DNA of 64,000 nucleotides from the NCBI RefSeq assembly GCF_006345805.1, contig NC_042999.1, positions 49,476,001 to 49,540,000 on the forward strand, written 5' to 3'. Of the stretch, positions 38,895 through 52,661 are shown piece by piece (position 1 is the stretch's first letter; each line of letters starts with the position of its first letter). The position numbers and the translations under genes are program-made. The stretch is from Octopus sinensis. Taxonomy: Eukaryota. The notes beneath the pieces were generated by a model. It was not told where the DNA came from. It saw nothing but the letters and a program-made list of their open reading frames with translations, and did not search any database.

Positions 38895-39512
38895 CAATAT
38901 CAGTTTCAAATTTTAGTACAAGGCCAGCAACATCGAGGAGAGGGTTAAGTCGATTACACCGACATCAGTGTTTAACTGGTACTTATTTTATCCGTCCCGA
39001 AAGGAAGAAAAGCAAAATCGGCCCGACGGAATTTGAAATTACAAAGTAAAAACAGACGAGACGCCGCTAAGTAAATTTTTGCAGCGTGCTAACGATTCTT
39101 ATTTCTTTATTGCCCACAAGGGGCTAAATATCGAGGGGACAAACAAGGACAGACAAACGGATTAAGTCGATTACATCGACCCCAGTGCGTAACTGCTACT
39201 TATTTTATCGACCCCGAAAGGATGAAAGGCAAAGTCGACCTCGGCGGAATTTGAACTCAGAACGTAACGGCGGACGAAATACCTATTTCTTTACTACCCA
39301 CAAGGGCCTAAACACAGAAAGGACAAACAAGGACAGACAAACGGATTAAGTCGATTATATCGACTCCAGTGCGTAACTGGTACTTAATTTATCGACCCCG
39401 AAAGAATGAAAGGCAAAGTCGACCTCGGCAGAATTTGAACTCGGAACGTAGCGGCAGACGAAATACCAGCATTTCGCCCGGCGTGCTAACGTTTCTGCCA
39501 GCTCTCCGCCTT
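38895..39512 (-). mobile_element. SINE cluster (one decayed copy plus a dimer)
   Basis: Reverse complement of the 14978 family, with internal junction GACGAAATACCTATTTCTTTAC. Confidence 0.85.
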
Positions 39513-39795
39513 CAGGCTGCACAAAGTTGAGGAGAGTTATTCTTCTCTTTCATTCTAAAGGATTTTGTTTTCGGTTTTCAGGGGAAAAAAACCCCAAAGA
39601 TTTCACTAATTGAATTATTCCTAATGCGTTATGTCAACGCGGATCATCTGTGTTATAAGTTCCAGTGTTTGTATGACACCTTTTGTTTCTGTTTGAAACC
39701 TGAGCTTCTCGACTCTCATGGCTAATATTGCTTGTGAAATTTCACACTGTAACATATCTGTTCTGTGGGGGCTTTACTTGCCATCATATTCGCTT

Positions 39796-40007
39796 TAGAG
39801 GGGTGCTGAAAAGTTTCTGACTTTGGTTAAAAGAAAATACAGGGGGATCAGTTAATTATGATTTTAATCAACATATTCCCCTCTCAGATTCACACACTAA
39901 TTGCAGCAGTCCTTCAGTTTTTCTAAGCCCTGTAGAACTCGTAAATTTGAACCCCCAACAAGTCTTTCATGATTCAAGTCAAGAATTTATCAGCACCCCT
40001 CCTCGTA
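39796..40007. mobile_element. Mariner-derived MITE
   Basis: TIRs GAGGGGTGCTGAAAAGTTTCT / AGAATTTATCAGCACCCCTC, TA at the ends. Confidence 0.75.
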
Positions 40008-40744
40008 CACACTAGGCTTTATCTTTAACTTAAAATTTAGCATATTTACAAATTCTGTTGTTGGTTCATCTTTATTTTCCATAATTTTATCTCATTTCAG
40101 CCTCCGTTTTGTATTTACTGGCTCACAGTAATACAATCAAAACTACTTTGTTGTACGTCTTTTTTTGTTGTTGCATGTTTTAGTCTTTCATTTTTCTTCG
40201 TAAATATTTTTGTACTTATTCTTCCCCCCAGTGAATTTCTCAAAACGTAGGTGACTGAGGCAAAATGTTTAAGGTGAATTCAACTACTTTAAGCGTCAAC
40301 CTCAAGATTGGAAAACAACAGATAGATGAGATTTTGTGTTCTTGCTTGTCAGGGTAATCCTGGATCTGTAGCTTTCCTTGATTGGCCCCTAGCTAAAGGA
40401 GCTCCAATATCAAGTGAACAGCATCATCCATGTACCCACTTATTTGTATGCTATGTATACTTTTGATTTCATCTCCCCCCTCTCTCTATCACCTCATTTT
40501 TATGTACCCCCCACACACACAAATTGTAAACCATCTCTGTAAAGTCTCTCATGGATAATAAAAAACCATTATCACTGCTATCATTATTATCATCATCAAT
40601 ATTATCCAAAGACAAAATGCTTAGCGATATTTCGTCCGTCTTTACGTTCTTAGTTCAAATACCACCGAGGTCGACTTTGCTCCTCGCCACATCGGAGTCG
40701 ATAAATTAGATTAGTAGTTGAGTACTTTTTATTTATTCATACGC

Positions 40745-41278
40745 CCTTTTCAAGCCTAGCCAGACTCATGGTCCCGGTTTACTGGTCTCTGTGGCGTATG
40801 TGTTCGCCCCAGCTGGACGGGACGCCAGTCCATCGCAGCGTTACACAAGAAACAGGAAGAGAAAGTGTGAGAGAAAGTTGGGTCGAAAGAGTACAACAGG
40901 GGTCGCCACCAGCCCCTGCCGGAGCTTCGTAGAGCTTTAGGTGTTTTTGCTCAATAAACACGCAATCCAAACCGCGATCCTCCGACCGCGAATCCGCTTC
41001 CCTAACCACTGGGCCATTGCGCCTCCACAAAAAGCGCCATTTTAAAGCCTAACCAGGCTCATGGGCCCAGTTTCCCGGTTTCTATGGCGTATGTGTTCTC
41101 CAGCTTGACAGGACGCCAGTCCATCACAGCGTTACTTATTTTTGCAAGCTGTGTGGACTGGAACAACGTGAAAGGAAGTGTTTTGCTCAAGAACACACCG
41201 CGTGCCCGGTCCAGGAATCGAAACTACAATCTTACGATCATGATGCTGACACCCTAAGACTAAGCCACGCGCCTCCAC
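40745..41278 (-). mobile_element. Two adjacent tRNA-derived SINEs
   Basis: Minus-strand heads GGAGGCGCAATGGCCCAGTGGTTAGG (ending ~41030) and GGAGGCGCGTGGCTTAG (ending ~41278). Both carry a GATGGACTGGCGTCC segment. Confidence 0.8.
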
Positions 41279-42061
41279 AGTAGTTGAGTACTGGAGCCGA
41301 TGTAATTGACTTAACGCCTCCTCCTAGAAAATATGAGGCCTAGTGTGTATATTTGAAAGGATTATTATCGTTATTGATTCAGTTGTTTTTGGTCTAATTC
41401 CATCTTTAACAAATTACGCATTAGAGCAAACCATTGCTAGAGGAAAGTTCATTGACATTTCCTTAATTTGCAAGAGACTCAGCCCGCGAGCCCAGTTTCT
41501 TTGCTTCGAAGCATAGCAATCTGATAGACATACGTAGATTTAAATAGCTTTGCCCGAAGATATTCAGTAGTACTTACAATGAAATACAAGTTTTATCACC
41601 GCCAACCGCCCCGCTACACATGCGAATACCACAAAACTTAACAAAAGCAAACAGTAATAAAAATAACAACAACACCAGAACATTTAGCTGAGGGCAAAAA
41701 TATTAAATGTCTCCTGACGAAATTAATAGCCATAATTTTATATACTTCAATGAATAAAGTCAGCTGACCAAACTGAAGTATATTTTGAAAGCTGAACATT
41801 GAAACGAGCAACTCTGTCCAAAATATATAACTTCTAACCAATTGTCTAATCGAATACTCCTTTACCATTTTCTATTTATTATGGACGTCTCGAAGTTTTG
41901 TACTCACGGTTTTCTTTAAAACCATTGAAACAATTTTATTGTCTAGATTTGTCTATGAATAGCCCCCTTTAAACTAATTAGACTCATTCTCGTTTTCTCT
42001 CTCTCTCTCTTTCTTTCTGTCTTTATCTTTTATTCACTCTTTTACTCTCTCCTGTATATAT

Positions 42062-42092
<31 letters not shown>

Positions 42093-42191
42093 CAAATATG
42101 TGTGTGTGTGTGTGTGTGTGTCTGAGTGTGAGTGTGTGTGTGCGCGCGTGTATATGTCATATATATATATGTGTATATGTGTATATATATA

Positions 42192-42349
<158 letters not shown>

Positions 42350-42617
42350 CAGAGAGGGGGGAGGAAGAGATACACAAATAAGCACACATATAAGTATGCA
42401 TACCCCTCTTTGTCTCTCTCTATATACATTGATACATATACGCACATATATATATGTATACATTTATATATATATGTATACATTTATATATATATATATA
42501 TATATATATAGTCCACAGATGACATCTAGATATTCTCAGTATAGAAGACACTCAGTACAACTAAACTACCATAATTAACATATTTAATATATCTAACTTA
42601 TTTACCCGCATCATTGC

Positions 42618-42701
<84 letters not shown>

Positions 42702-42704
42702 CAT

Positions 42705-42855
42705 CATTATCATCGTTTAACGTCCACTTTCCATGCTAGCATGGGTTGGACGATTTGACTGAGGAATGGCGAACCAGATGGCTGCACCAGACTCCAATAT
42801 GATCTGACAGAGTTTCTACAGCTTCATGCCCTTCCTAACACTAATCACTCCGAAT
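42705..42855 (-). mobile_element. RTE-type 3' tail fragment
   Basis: CATCGTTTAACGTCC.CTTTCCATGCT.GCATGGGTTGGACG..ATGCCCTTCCTAAC motif with an (ATC)n end. Confidence 0.55.
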
Positions 42856-42862
42856 CCGAATA

Positions 42863-42908
<46 letters not shown>

Positions 42909-43007
42909 AATATATATGTATAATATATACAAACATGTATATGTAAGGATATTATGCCTACTTACATTTGTGTGTGGACAGATAGATAGACAGACAGATA
43001 GCTAGAT

Positions 43008-43232
43008 ATATTTCTTTACTACCCACAAGGGGCTAAACACAGAAGGGACAAACAAGGACAGACAAACGGATTAAGTCGATTACATCGACCCCACTGCGTG
43101 AATGGTACTTAATTTATCGACCCCGAAAGGATAAAAGGCAAAGTCGACCTCGGCGGAACTTGAACTCAGAACGTAACGGCAGACGAAGTACCGTTAAGCA
43201 TTTCGCCCAGCGTGCTAACGCTTCTGCCAGCT
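43008..43232 (-). mobile_element. tRNA-derived SINE
   Basis: Full-length reverse complement of the 14978 family, TSD AGATATAT. Confidence 0.88.
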
Positions 43233-43289
43233 CAGATATATAGACACACAGACAGATAGACATACAGACAGACAGACAGACAGACAGAC

Positions 43290-43357
<68 letters not shown>

Positions 43358-43502
43358 CAGTATATATCTGTGCGTATGTGCAAGTATCTGCGACGACGCG
43401 AGAGTTTTGTTTTTCGTTTTCTGTTTTTTTTTTTTCATCATTTGTCCCAGACAATAACCCCGAGCGTTGAAATCAAGTGATTACTAGTTTATATATTGCA
43501 GC

Positions 43503-43887
43503 GTGGAGGCGCAATGGCCCAGTGGTTAGGGCAGCGGACTCGCGGTCATAGGATCGCGGTTTCGATTCCCAGACCGGGTGTTGTGAGTGTTTATTGAGCG
43601 AAAACACCTAAAAGCTCCACGAGGCTCCGGCAGGGGATGGTGGTGATCCCTGCTGTACTCTTCCACCACAACTTTCTCTCACTCTTACTTCCTGTTTCTG
43701 TTGTACCTGTATTTCAAGGGGCCGGCCTTGTCACTTTCTGTGTCACGCTGAATATCCCCAAGAACTACGTTAAGGGTACACGTGTCTGTGGAGTGCTCAG
43801 CCATTTACACGTTAATTTCACGAGCAGGCTGTTCCGTTGATTCGGATCAACCGGAACTCTCATCGTCGTAACCGACGGAGTGCTTCC
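43503..43887 (+). mobile_element. tRNA-derived SINE (OK-like family)
   Basis: Near identical to 21675-22057, TSD TATATATTGCAGC. Confidence 0.9.
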
Positions 43888-46800
43888 ATTGCTTCTATAT
43901 ATTGCAGCTGTCATATCATTATACTAGTTATATACCCTAGGTCAAATTGTCTAATGCTGTTCACCTTCAAAATACCTCTAGTCCGTTTAAGACTATATTT
44001 AGCACACGTTCTATCACTCACTCACCATTGAACATATCCGAACATTAAAAAAAAAAATTAAGTACCTCTCTTTTGTACAGTTTGTTTGCTTGATCGGGTG
44101 ATTGCTTTATGGATTGAGAGATTGATGGATTGATTGAATTATTGATTGACTGAGTGTCCATTCTGATATCTCAGAAACCACGAAAGCTAAAATTTTCAAT
44201 TTTCTCATAATTGATTATAAAGGAAAGATTTTAAAATTTAATAAATATTTTGTGAGTGACTTTGTCTATTTTTATTATTATCTATTTATCCATTTATTTT
44301 TGAAATTTTGCTTTTGTACAACGTTATTTAGATATGACATGCAATTAAGCGCTCAGCACGGTATATGTTTCACGGAAACAGTTACGGAAAATCGAAACGC
44401 CATAAAATGCATTTGTGCATCTATAAAGTGGAACACAATTTATATCAGATATTTTAGACTGAAAATGATATTTGTGAAATATAATTTTTTTACTCCAGTA
44501 TGATACGGTTTCGATCCTGAGGCAACCTCCGATATTTCTAACTAAAATTCAGAATTATATTTTATCCTCTTGCATAAACCGGTACCCGAATACACCTAAA
44601 GATATTCATATATTTCTTAAGAAACCGGTGTAACTGTAACTGTAAATTCTATGACTAAGTTTAAACTTTATGCACTAATAAGTTCCATTTTTACAATACT
44701 TATTTTTTTATTCGTAGCATACGTCATTAATGTAACTTACATGTTGTAATCTGTAATTTTTAAGTATCAAATAATCGCTTTCAAATAGAATTTACAAGCA
44801 TACACGACAGGTATACTTACAGGATTAATAATTACCGCTGGATGTATTGATGTATTTGCTACGCATACGACATTTCTTAGCCTCGTACAATGAAATACAT
44901 ATACCAGAAGTATGATTTCTTGAAATTATTGCCTTTTGGTTTGTTTACTCAATTTTGTTTCGTTTATCGTTTCTGATTTTTTTAATACATTCGAATATAA
45001 TGTAACCTGCCAATGTTTACTTTGATATTTAAACATTAAATCTCTTTCATATTACGGGAGAAAATATGGCAGTACACTTAGCAGTGAAGTCTATATTCAA
45101 ATGCTGATAACATATATAGAGAAAATGTTAAATATTTGGATAATGTCATGTACAGTAATTCTCCTCGATTTAGGTAAAGGTATAGAAATAAAATGGACAG
45201 TAAATAAAATCTTGTTTATTGTGTTACTTTAGAGTACTATGATATAACTGTTGATAACCCTTAATACAAGAGCTCAACAGGAGGAAAGAAAACAGCGAAA
45301 TTTGATTTCCCATCTGTGAATGAAACTAGCTAATAAAACACTTATTTTAGTTTTCTCGATGATCATGCTAATTTTAAAGAGGTGAACTAAGTTAGCAAGC
45401 ATCACGTGAGTTAACCACGGATGATACTTTGTAATGACATACGGTACTTCAAAGTCAGTCTGTCTTAAATATTTATCTGTGTTACGCTCCTTCTTTTAAA
45501 GTAAATATTATAATAGCCTAGAAATTAAATAGTCCTAAAATGACATTCACATCATAAAACTAAGTAGATTTCAGCATAAACGCTGACTTTTCTACTGATA
45601 AATCTCGAAATATTAGAAACATACCTATGTTGAGTTTGGTGCGTGCATGTGAAAAGAAATTTGACAGCTCATATTATCTTTGCTCATTAATATCCGGGAA
45701 TAACTATCAGTTCAACTATAAATTAACAGAATAAAATATGAACAACATATAGAGGGCAGACTTGAAAAGAACTGCTAGAATAGATTTAGCATGTATAATA
45801 AGGAGGCTACAGTAAAAGAATAATGGACAAGAGGCGGGGTTAATATCAAATTAACGAGAACTTGTTGGAAACTATTTCACAGCTAAAGCGGTGACTGTGA
45901 GTGAAGAGTCAAGCAGGATGCCCAATCTCAACAAGAAATGAGCCGTGGAGTAGCTATCCTCAAAAAGTGTAGGGAGGAAGTAGTTTACGCCTGCAATGCA
46001 CCCGTCATCTACTACTACCTAACTATAGTGCTTTGCCCTGCTTCATAACTGACTAGATTAGAGCCCTTGCTCTTCCGCTTTCTGTGAAGGATACGGGTTC
46101 TGCTGATTATACGATCCAATTGCCATGAACATCAGGTGGGTGGAGGGTTAAGCATACTGTGGTAAATGATGTACGAACATGCACCGAGGCTGAGACATTT
46201 CCAGCGATTCTTTGTCGCTGAGTAAGCGTGTATGGTCACCAACTGTCTAATACACTTTTTCATAGCTCATCTTTGTGACAGAGCTGCAGTCTTGGATCAA
46301 GCATAAATCAAGGTGTTCTGGAGCAAACAACTGGAGTATTGTTTGGTGCTCACAGCCCTTCGCCAATTGTCGGATGCAGTCATAGCATTCTATAGAAAAT
46401 TAACGGTGGACAAGAGCGATATTCTCCTTCAGATGACTCTGGGCTTCAATGAGAATCAACCGATCGGTCCGTTCCGGGACTTCTCAGCCAGAGCCTATGA
46501 AAATAATCCGACCTTGGCCTGGCAGCACTTCCTCAAGGTTTTGCCGGTTTAGGTTAAGCTCTACAGGATTGTTAGTGCCGTCAGCTGGGTGTGCACGCGT
46601 TGCATGCCAAGCGACGAAATGACCCTGTACCACTTGTAAAATGTCCGAGTGCTACTGACTTGAGGAATTATACCCAAGTGTATAGGATGTGTCTAGCTAT
46701 TGGTTGATTGAATGGATCATCATCTTCAATGTGATTTCCATTTTACCTTTAGTACACTGTATAATTATTTATTCATTTATTTACTCATTTGTTTGTTTAT

Positions 46801-48446
46801 TTCTCTTTACGCTTTCAATGAGTTCAATCTGTAACAAGCGTTCAGGCAAACTCTCCATTTTGAAGATAACCTCCTTCCACCGTCTCGCTCCTCTCGCTCT
46901 CTAAATATTTATGTACATTGGCTTGTCACTTGCGATAAAATTGTAGTATTTGTTGCTTTTCTTGATACTGTCGCTACTCCTGTTGCTTCTTCTGCTGCAG
47001 CTGCTGCCGTCATCATCGTCATCGTTATCTTAGTTGCTGTTGTTGTTGTTGTTGTTGTTGTTTAGGCCCAATGCAGCCCTGATCACCAAAGGGTTATAAC
47101 TCTGATCATTACATCATTTACTTTTAAACGTATTCTGTTCAACTAATCCGTCTTCTTTTTCAAAACGGTAGTTATTATGTACAGGCGCAGTCAGTCGAAA
47201 ACTCGACGTGCCAGACCCCAATAGGTTTCGGGCTTAAGATTAAGGTTCATCAGGAAAAATGACCCCGAAATGGTACTCATTCTCTCTTGATGAACGCCGA
47301 ATCTTACTACTCTCTGATATGCGAAGTTTTTGACTGACTGCACTTGCACTAACAAGCTGTTCCCAGGTCACTAAGAGACATTTAGCTGCTATTACCACCA
47401 GATCAAGAGATTATATATACACTCTATGGTTAGCTTGAATAACTAACATATGAAAATTGATTCACTCGATTAAATTAAATCTTATGAGGATAGATATAAA
47501 TTGAATGGCTTAAGTATGCCACGCCCACGCAGGTGAGTTGGCTTCGTATCAAATCAAAAGGAATCAATATTCAAAGAATAAAGTAAATTATGATATAGAC
47601 GTCTATGTCTGTTGAGCATATTACTAAACGTACTGTCCGGTGTGGTTTCGGCTTATTCACTTTCGTAGTTAAATCTCACAGGGGTTTGGGGTTTCGCCTT
47701 TCATCTATCTGCTATGAATAAAATTAGCTGTGTTAATATGATACGCTATCAATTAGTTTCAATAGTCACCGCAAATAAATGAAATTCGGCTTTGTACATA
47801 AATTAATATTTGGCCGCTATTCATTATTAAATCTGTCGCATCACCAATGATGATGCCTTTGGAATTTGCCTGAAACACATTAATAATAATAATAAGATAC
47901 GTAAATTCTTTAAATTTATTTATCCCTTACAGATTTGAAACAACGTTTGTCTTCTTGGTTTTGGTCTCATTTTAATGCTAAAGGCTAAAAAATATAGTTT
48001 GCAAGTGCAATGTGCCAAGTTCAACAAGCCATCAATATCTGAATAATTATTCGAATAATACTATGTTCTCGGAAATAAAATTAAATGGATCTTCCGTAGA
48101 TTTCGACGATGCGTATTTAATCAGGGATTCGATTAACTGAATGAACAACTCTGTATTAATGTGTGAAGTGGTTGGATATCTCACACACCCGTGTATACTT
48201 CATGTAATTTTTAAGAGAATATGGCTGTGTGACAGATCTAGACCTTTGAATTAATTACAAGCACTATCCATCTGATGAGCTTCCAAACAGTTTCCGTCAA
48301 CTCAATTTCACTCACAAGGTATGGGTTGAGTCGAGGCCGTGATAAAGTCACAGACTCGAGGCGTCATGCCATCGAGTCGTTCGCTGCTTCTCGTAATTGC
48401 GAAGCGAACTTCTTAAGTATTCGACCATGACGCATCCACTTTAGAT

Positions 48447-48860
48447 GCGGTGAGCTGGCAGAAACGTTAGCACGCCGGGCGAGGTGCATAGCCGTATTTC
48501 GTCTGTCGTTACGTTCCGAGTTCAAATTCCGCCGAGGTCAACTTTGCTTTTCATCCTTTTGGGGTCGATAAATTAAGTACCAATTATGCAATGGGGTCGA
48601 TATAATCGACTTAATCCGTTTGTCTGTCCTTGTTTGTCCTCTCTGTGTTTAGCCCCTTGTGGGTAGTAAAAAAATAGGTATTTCGTCCGCTGCTGCACTC
48701 TGAGTTCAAGTTCCACCGAGGTCGACTTTGCTTTTCAACCTTTCGGGGTCGATTAAATAAGTAGCAGTTACGCACTAGGGTCGATATAATCGACTTAATC
48801 CGTTTGTCTGTCCTTCTTTGTCCTTTCTGTGTTTAGCCCCTTGTGGGTAGTAAAGAAATA
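48447..48860 (+). mobile_element. SINE dimer
   Basis: Full unit followed by a head-truncated unit, joined at AAAATAGGTATTTCGTC. Confidence 0.88.
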
Positions 48861-49687
48861 GATATAAGCATTACAAACACCCACCATCTAGTCATGCTGC
48901 AATACCAATATATGGTAGAAAATCGTAGAATAAGTACAGATCCAATAGCTGTTGCTAGTGAGCCTTGACGGATGTGGATTCTTGATCCATTCCAATGACA
49001 TTTCTATATTTACAACTGTTGTGGCAGCTAAAAATCATACTGTGCCGAATAAATAGTTGCGCAAGGAATTATATCTTTCTTATGAATCAATCTTACTCCC
49101 TGTATGGAATATCGTAGTTGTGCGTTTGCATTTATGTCAATGTGTATATCCGTGTATTTTTCAATGAATATGATCGTCTCTATGTGTACTTATTCGTTTA
49201 AACTAATTCAAACATACACAAGAACACCGCATTCCACCAGTCTCACAAACTATCAACAATTATGTATTCGCTCCTCCCTAATGCTAGATTAATACTCAGC
49301 ACCAATATCCAAACAGGCTGCCATAATTTATAGTATCGAAATAATTCTATTAAACAACACTCGACAATCGTCTCCGCTTATTTTTGCTTATTTACATGCT
49401 TTAATTCGTTTCTGTATAAATATCGATATTATACTGATTTGATGTATAAGCATCATAAAGTATATGTATTTTATTTAAGAGCTCAATTACTAACATCGTT
49501 AACTTGTAATACATTATTGCAGTGCAATAAATGTTGATGGAATGATGTTGGCTGTGTACACAGAATCGACTAAAACGATAGTTACGAGTAACATATTGTG
49601 AATGTTAAAAAAAGCAGGAAAGCATACGTTTCACATGATTCGTTATTCAACAGTTTTCTACGAGTATTTCAGTAGATAAAAAAACAT

Positions 49688-50130
49688 AGAGCAATTGTAT
49701 ACTGTCAACTTAACGTGACAGTTCCATAAAGGGAATCACACCACCGCTATTTAGCCCTAGGAAACATCAACGCTTCCTGACGGCCTTGACACATTTCCTG
49801 TGTCCTTATGTTTACAAGGGGGAGACAAGCACCCCTATCCAGCTAAGCCTGCATCATGAGACTAGTTTCTGAGTCTTGCTCGTCATCAGTCTGGAGTAGC
49901 ATGGCTTGCTAACTGCAGATGCCTGTCTACACCTTGTAAACATATATAATAATTCCAGTGAAATAAATCCACTGATAACAAAATATAGAAATATTATAAT
50001 TCTAAATATCTCAGAGAGATATGAGCAGTAGTGGTACGATAGAGCAGTTGTATATTGTCAACTTAAAGTGACAGTCCCATAAAGGGAATCACACCACCGC
50101 TATTTAGCCCAGGATGCATCACGCTTTTAT
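49688..50130 (-). mobile_element. Hammerhead-containing repeat, ~1.3 tandem copies of a 353-bp unit
   Basis: AGAGCA(A/G)TTGTATA(C/T)TGTCAAC at 49688 and 50041. Minus 49856-49893 reads AGA CUGAUGA CGAG caaga CUCA GAAAC UA GUC^UC. Confidence 0.65.
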
Positions 50131-50635
50131 ATAATTACGTAATTGACATACAATAAAAAATTTTATGTAATAGGTAACCTATTTTCTCATGAGAAAAATT
50201 TGAGAAATTTATAGTTATTCATATTTCTATACATATATTTAATTAAATGCTTGCCCATATGCTAAATCAATTAGAAAAATATCTTAACTGCTTTCGCTAC
50301 AGTACACTAAAATGTTTTGTCCTGTCATCACTTTCTTTACTTTTCCAATTTGCTCTCTGCCTCAAACCTATTTGCAAAAAATCACCTGCGTACCATACGA
50401 TCCATCACCATAAATCCACCATACAAAATCCAGACAACAACCTGTTTAACCATGTATTTTATTACTACCAGTAGTCCTCATCAAGGTAAAAGTACTAAAC
50501 TTTCTTTATCACCATCATCATTATCTAAATTCATTAGATAAAACCCTATTTCTGATGTATGTGTGTGTGTGTGTCAGGAATCTCACAAAATACTCCACAG
50601 CCTACAGAAACATGGGATGGAACTTGCAGTTATAT

Positions 50636-51893
50636 AAACAAGCGGGTACCCACAAGTAATCGGAAATGTACTTTATAGGACAAGTCCGAAGTAGCTCGGG
50701 CTTCCACTGCTAGTAGCGACTTGATGCGATCCTCAGGTATCAGTAGCCAACTGGTATCGTCGTTTAAAGTCGTACTACTACGTCACGTGGTAAGTCTTTT
50801 TTCTGCAGTGCCTCTCTCCTGTTCGTCGGTTCTCGCGATGGCTCTAACAGAGAAACAGCGTGCTTCCGTGAAATTCTGTTTTCTGCTGGGAAAACGGCGG
50901 CCAGAACAGGTTTTATGCTTCAAATAGCTTACATAAACTCTGCTATGAGCAAAACACAAGTTCAGGAGTAGTTTTCACGCTTTAAGAATGGTCACTTGTC
51001 GCTTGAAGACCAACCTCGCACAGAGTGATCGTCGACCAGCCGAACGATGAAAACGTCACGAAAATTCATGCACTGATCTTGGAAGACCGTCGCCGAAGAA
51101 TTGACGAACTTGCTGATATGACCAGTGTGTCCTGAAGCTCCTGTCAACGAATTTTGAGCGATGAAAATAGATGAATTTCGAATGAAAAGAGTTGCAGCAA
51201 AATCTTGCTCACAGAAGAACAGAAGATCAAAAGCAGTCACGATTGAATGCGTGGTCTTGAACTGAAAGAAAAACTGGAAGTTGATTCAGACCTTTTTTTC
51301 GAAGATCATCACTGGTGACGAATACTGGTGTTACAGCTCCAAAAGCGAGTCAAATGAAGTCCAGTGTCAAGACGATGCTGATTTGCTTCATTGATGCGAA
51401 AGGAATTGTCCACACATAATTTTTCCCTCCTGGTCAAACTGTTAACATTTTGTTTGGCTGTTCTGAAGCGTTTGCGAGACGCTGTGAGACGAAAACCTGT
51501 GGCAGAGTGGAGGAAACCTGTGGCAATGATAATAAAGCCTGTGGCAAAGTGTAGAATGGTGGTTTCATCACGACAATGCTCCTACGCACACCACCTTGAG
51601 CATGAGACAGTTATTGACCTAAAATGGGATGACCCCCCGCTTACCCACTCTCTCTGTTCATCCGATCTTGTGCCATGCGAGGTTTTCTTTTTTCTATTGT
51701 TTCTCCGAATGAAAAAAGAAAACATTTTGCAGATGTGGAAGAGGTGGCGTTGAAAGGCATAATTTTGCAAGAGCTCCAAAATTGCTTCGAAGAGTAGAAA
51801 AAGCGTCTGGACAAATGGAGATTAATTTGAAGGCGATTAAAGAGTAAAACTAACTGAATTGCAAAATTTCGGTTTCTTTTGGGTACCCCTTCA
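50636..51893 (+). mobile_element. Mariner transposon (irritans-like), defective
   Basis: Degenerate TIRs GGGTACCCACAAGTAATCGGAAAT / ATTTCGGTTTCTTTTGGGTACCCC. Disrupted transposase from 50838: MALTEKQRASVKFCFLLGK..FSRFKNG..DENVTKIHALILEDRR..IITGDEYW..HHDNAP..SDLVPC. Confidence 0.85.
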
Positions 51894-51949
51894 TATATAT
51901 ATATATATATATAATATATGAAGGATCGTGGTTAAGCCCCCCCAAAAAA

Positions 51950-52218
51950 TGCAAGGTAAATCACAAGAAAACCAATACGTGGATTAAAGTAGACTTACCA
52001 TGTATTCAATATTTTGGGGCTAGGTCCCCATTTTCAAGAATGTTGCCGATGTACGTGTGTGTGAGCGTATGTGGAGTGGACATGCGCGGAAGGGTGTTGC
52101 TATAGCAACCAGCTAGCTTCCTGCAACTTTCCTCTGTTGTCATAACCCCGAAATATTGAATACAAGGTAAGTCTACAGTAATTTACATATTTGTTTCCTT
52201 GTGATTTACCTTGCATTT
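51950..52218. mobile_element. Inverted pair (~70-bp arms) of pLTR-like fragments with decayed hammerhead
   Basis: AAATGCAAGGTAAATCACAAG..GTAGACTTACC.TGTATTCAATATTT.GGGG is mirrored at 52146-52218. Confidence 0.6.
52096..52109. promoter_or_regulatory. RFX X-box-type perfect palindrome
   Basis: GTTGCTATAGCAAC matches GTHNYYATRRNAAC. CATGCGC and CGGAAG motifs lie just upstream. Confidence 0.4.
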
Positions 52219-52379
52219 ATTTCGCATTATTTATCCACGACAGTTAATGCAATATATTCAACACAATGCTTCAAGTAATTATTTTATATATATATCACCG
52301 TCACCGTCACCGACCAGGCTATCAGATGTTGCTACACATCGCTGGTCACAATGCGCTTCGCATTGTTATAGCCTTAAAA

Positions 52380-52590
52380 TGAGCCCCCCCCCCCCGCTGG
52401 CTAAGCGGGCAGGCCAACAGCAGAAAGAGTGAGAGAAAGTTGTGGCGAAAGAGTACAGCAGGGTCGCCACCACCCCCTGCCGGAGCCTCGTGGAGCTTTA
52501 GGTGTTTTCGCTCAATAAACACTCACAACGCCCGGTCTGGGAATCGAAACCGCGAGTCCGCTGCCCTAACCACTGGGTCATTGCGCCTCC
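52380..52590 (-). mobile_element. tRNA-derived SINE (OK-like head)
   Basis: Reverse complement of the 21675 head, with a different tail. Confidence 0.85.
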
Positions 52591-52661
52591 CCATATATAT
52601 ATATTAGAAATATTGAATTTCTAAATGTCTCAAAGAGACATGAGCGGTGGTTGAGCGATAG

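Noticed and set aside
44505-44635. GAAACCG motifs on both strands with CTAAAGA
   Set aside because: The core and stems are too degenerate to call a hammerhead.
45880-46680. GC-richer block possibly from a LINE 5' region or an exon
   Set aside because: No sustained ORF or diagnostic motif on either strand.
47217-47260. Minus-strand CUGAUGA..GAAAC hammerhead candidate
   Set aside because: The core is present, but the base of stem II, stem III and stem I do not pair properly. At best a relic.
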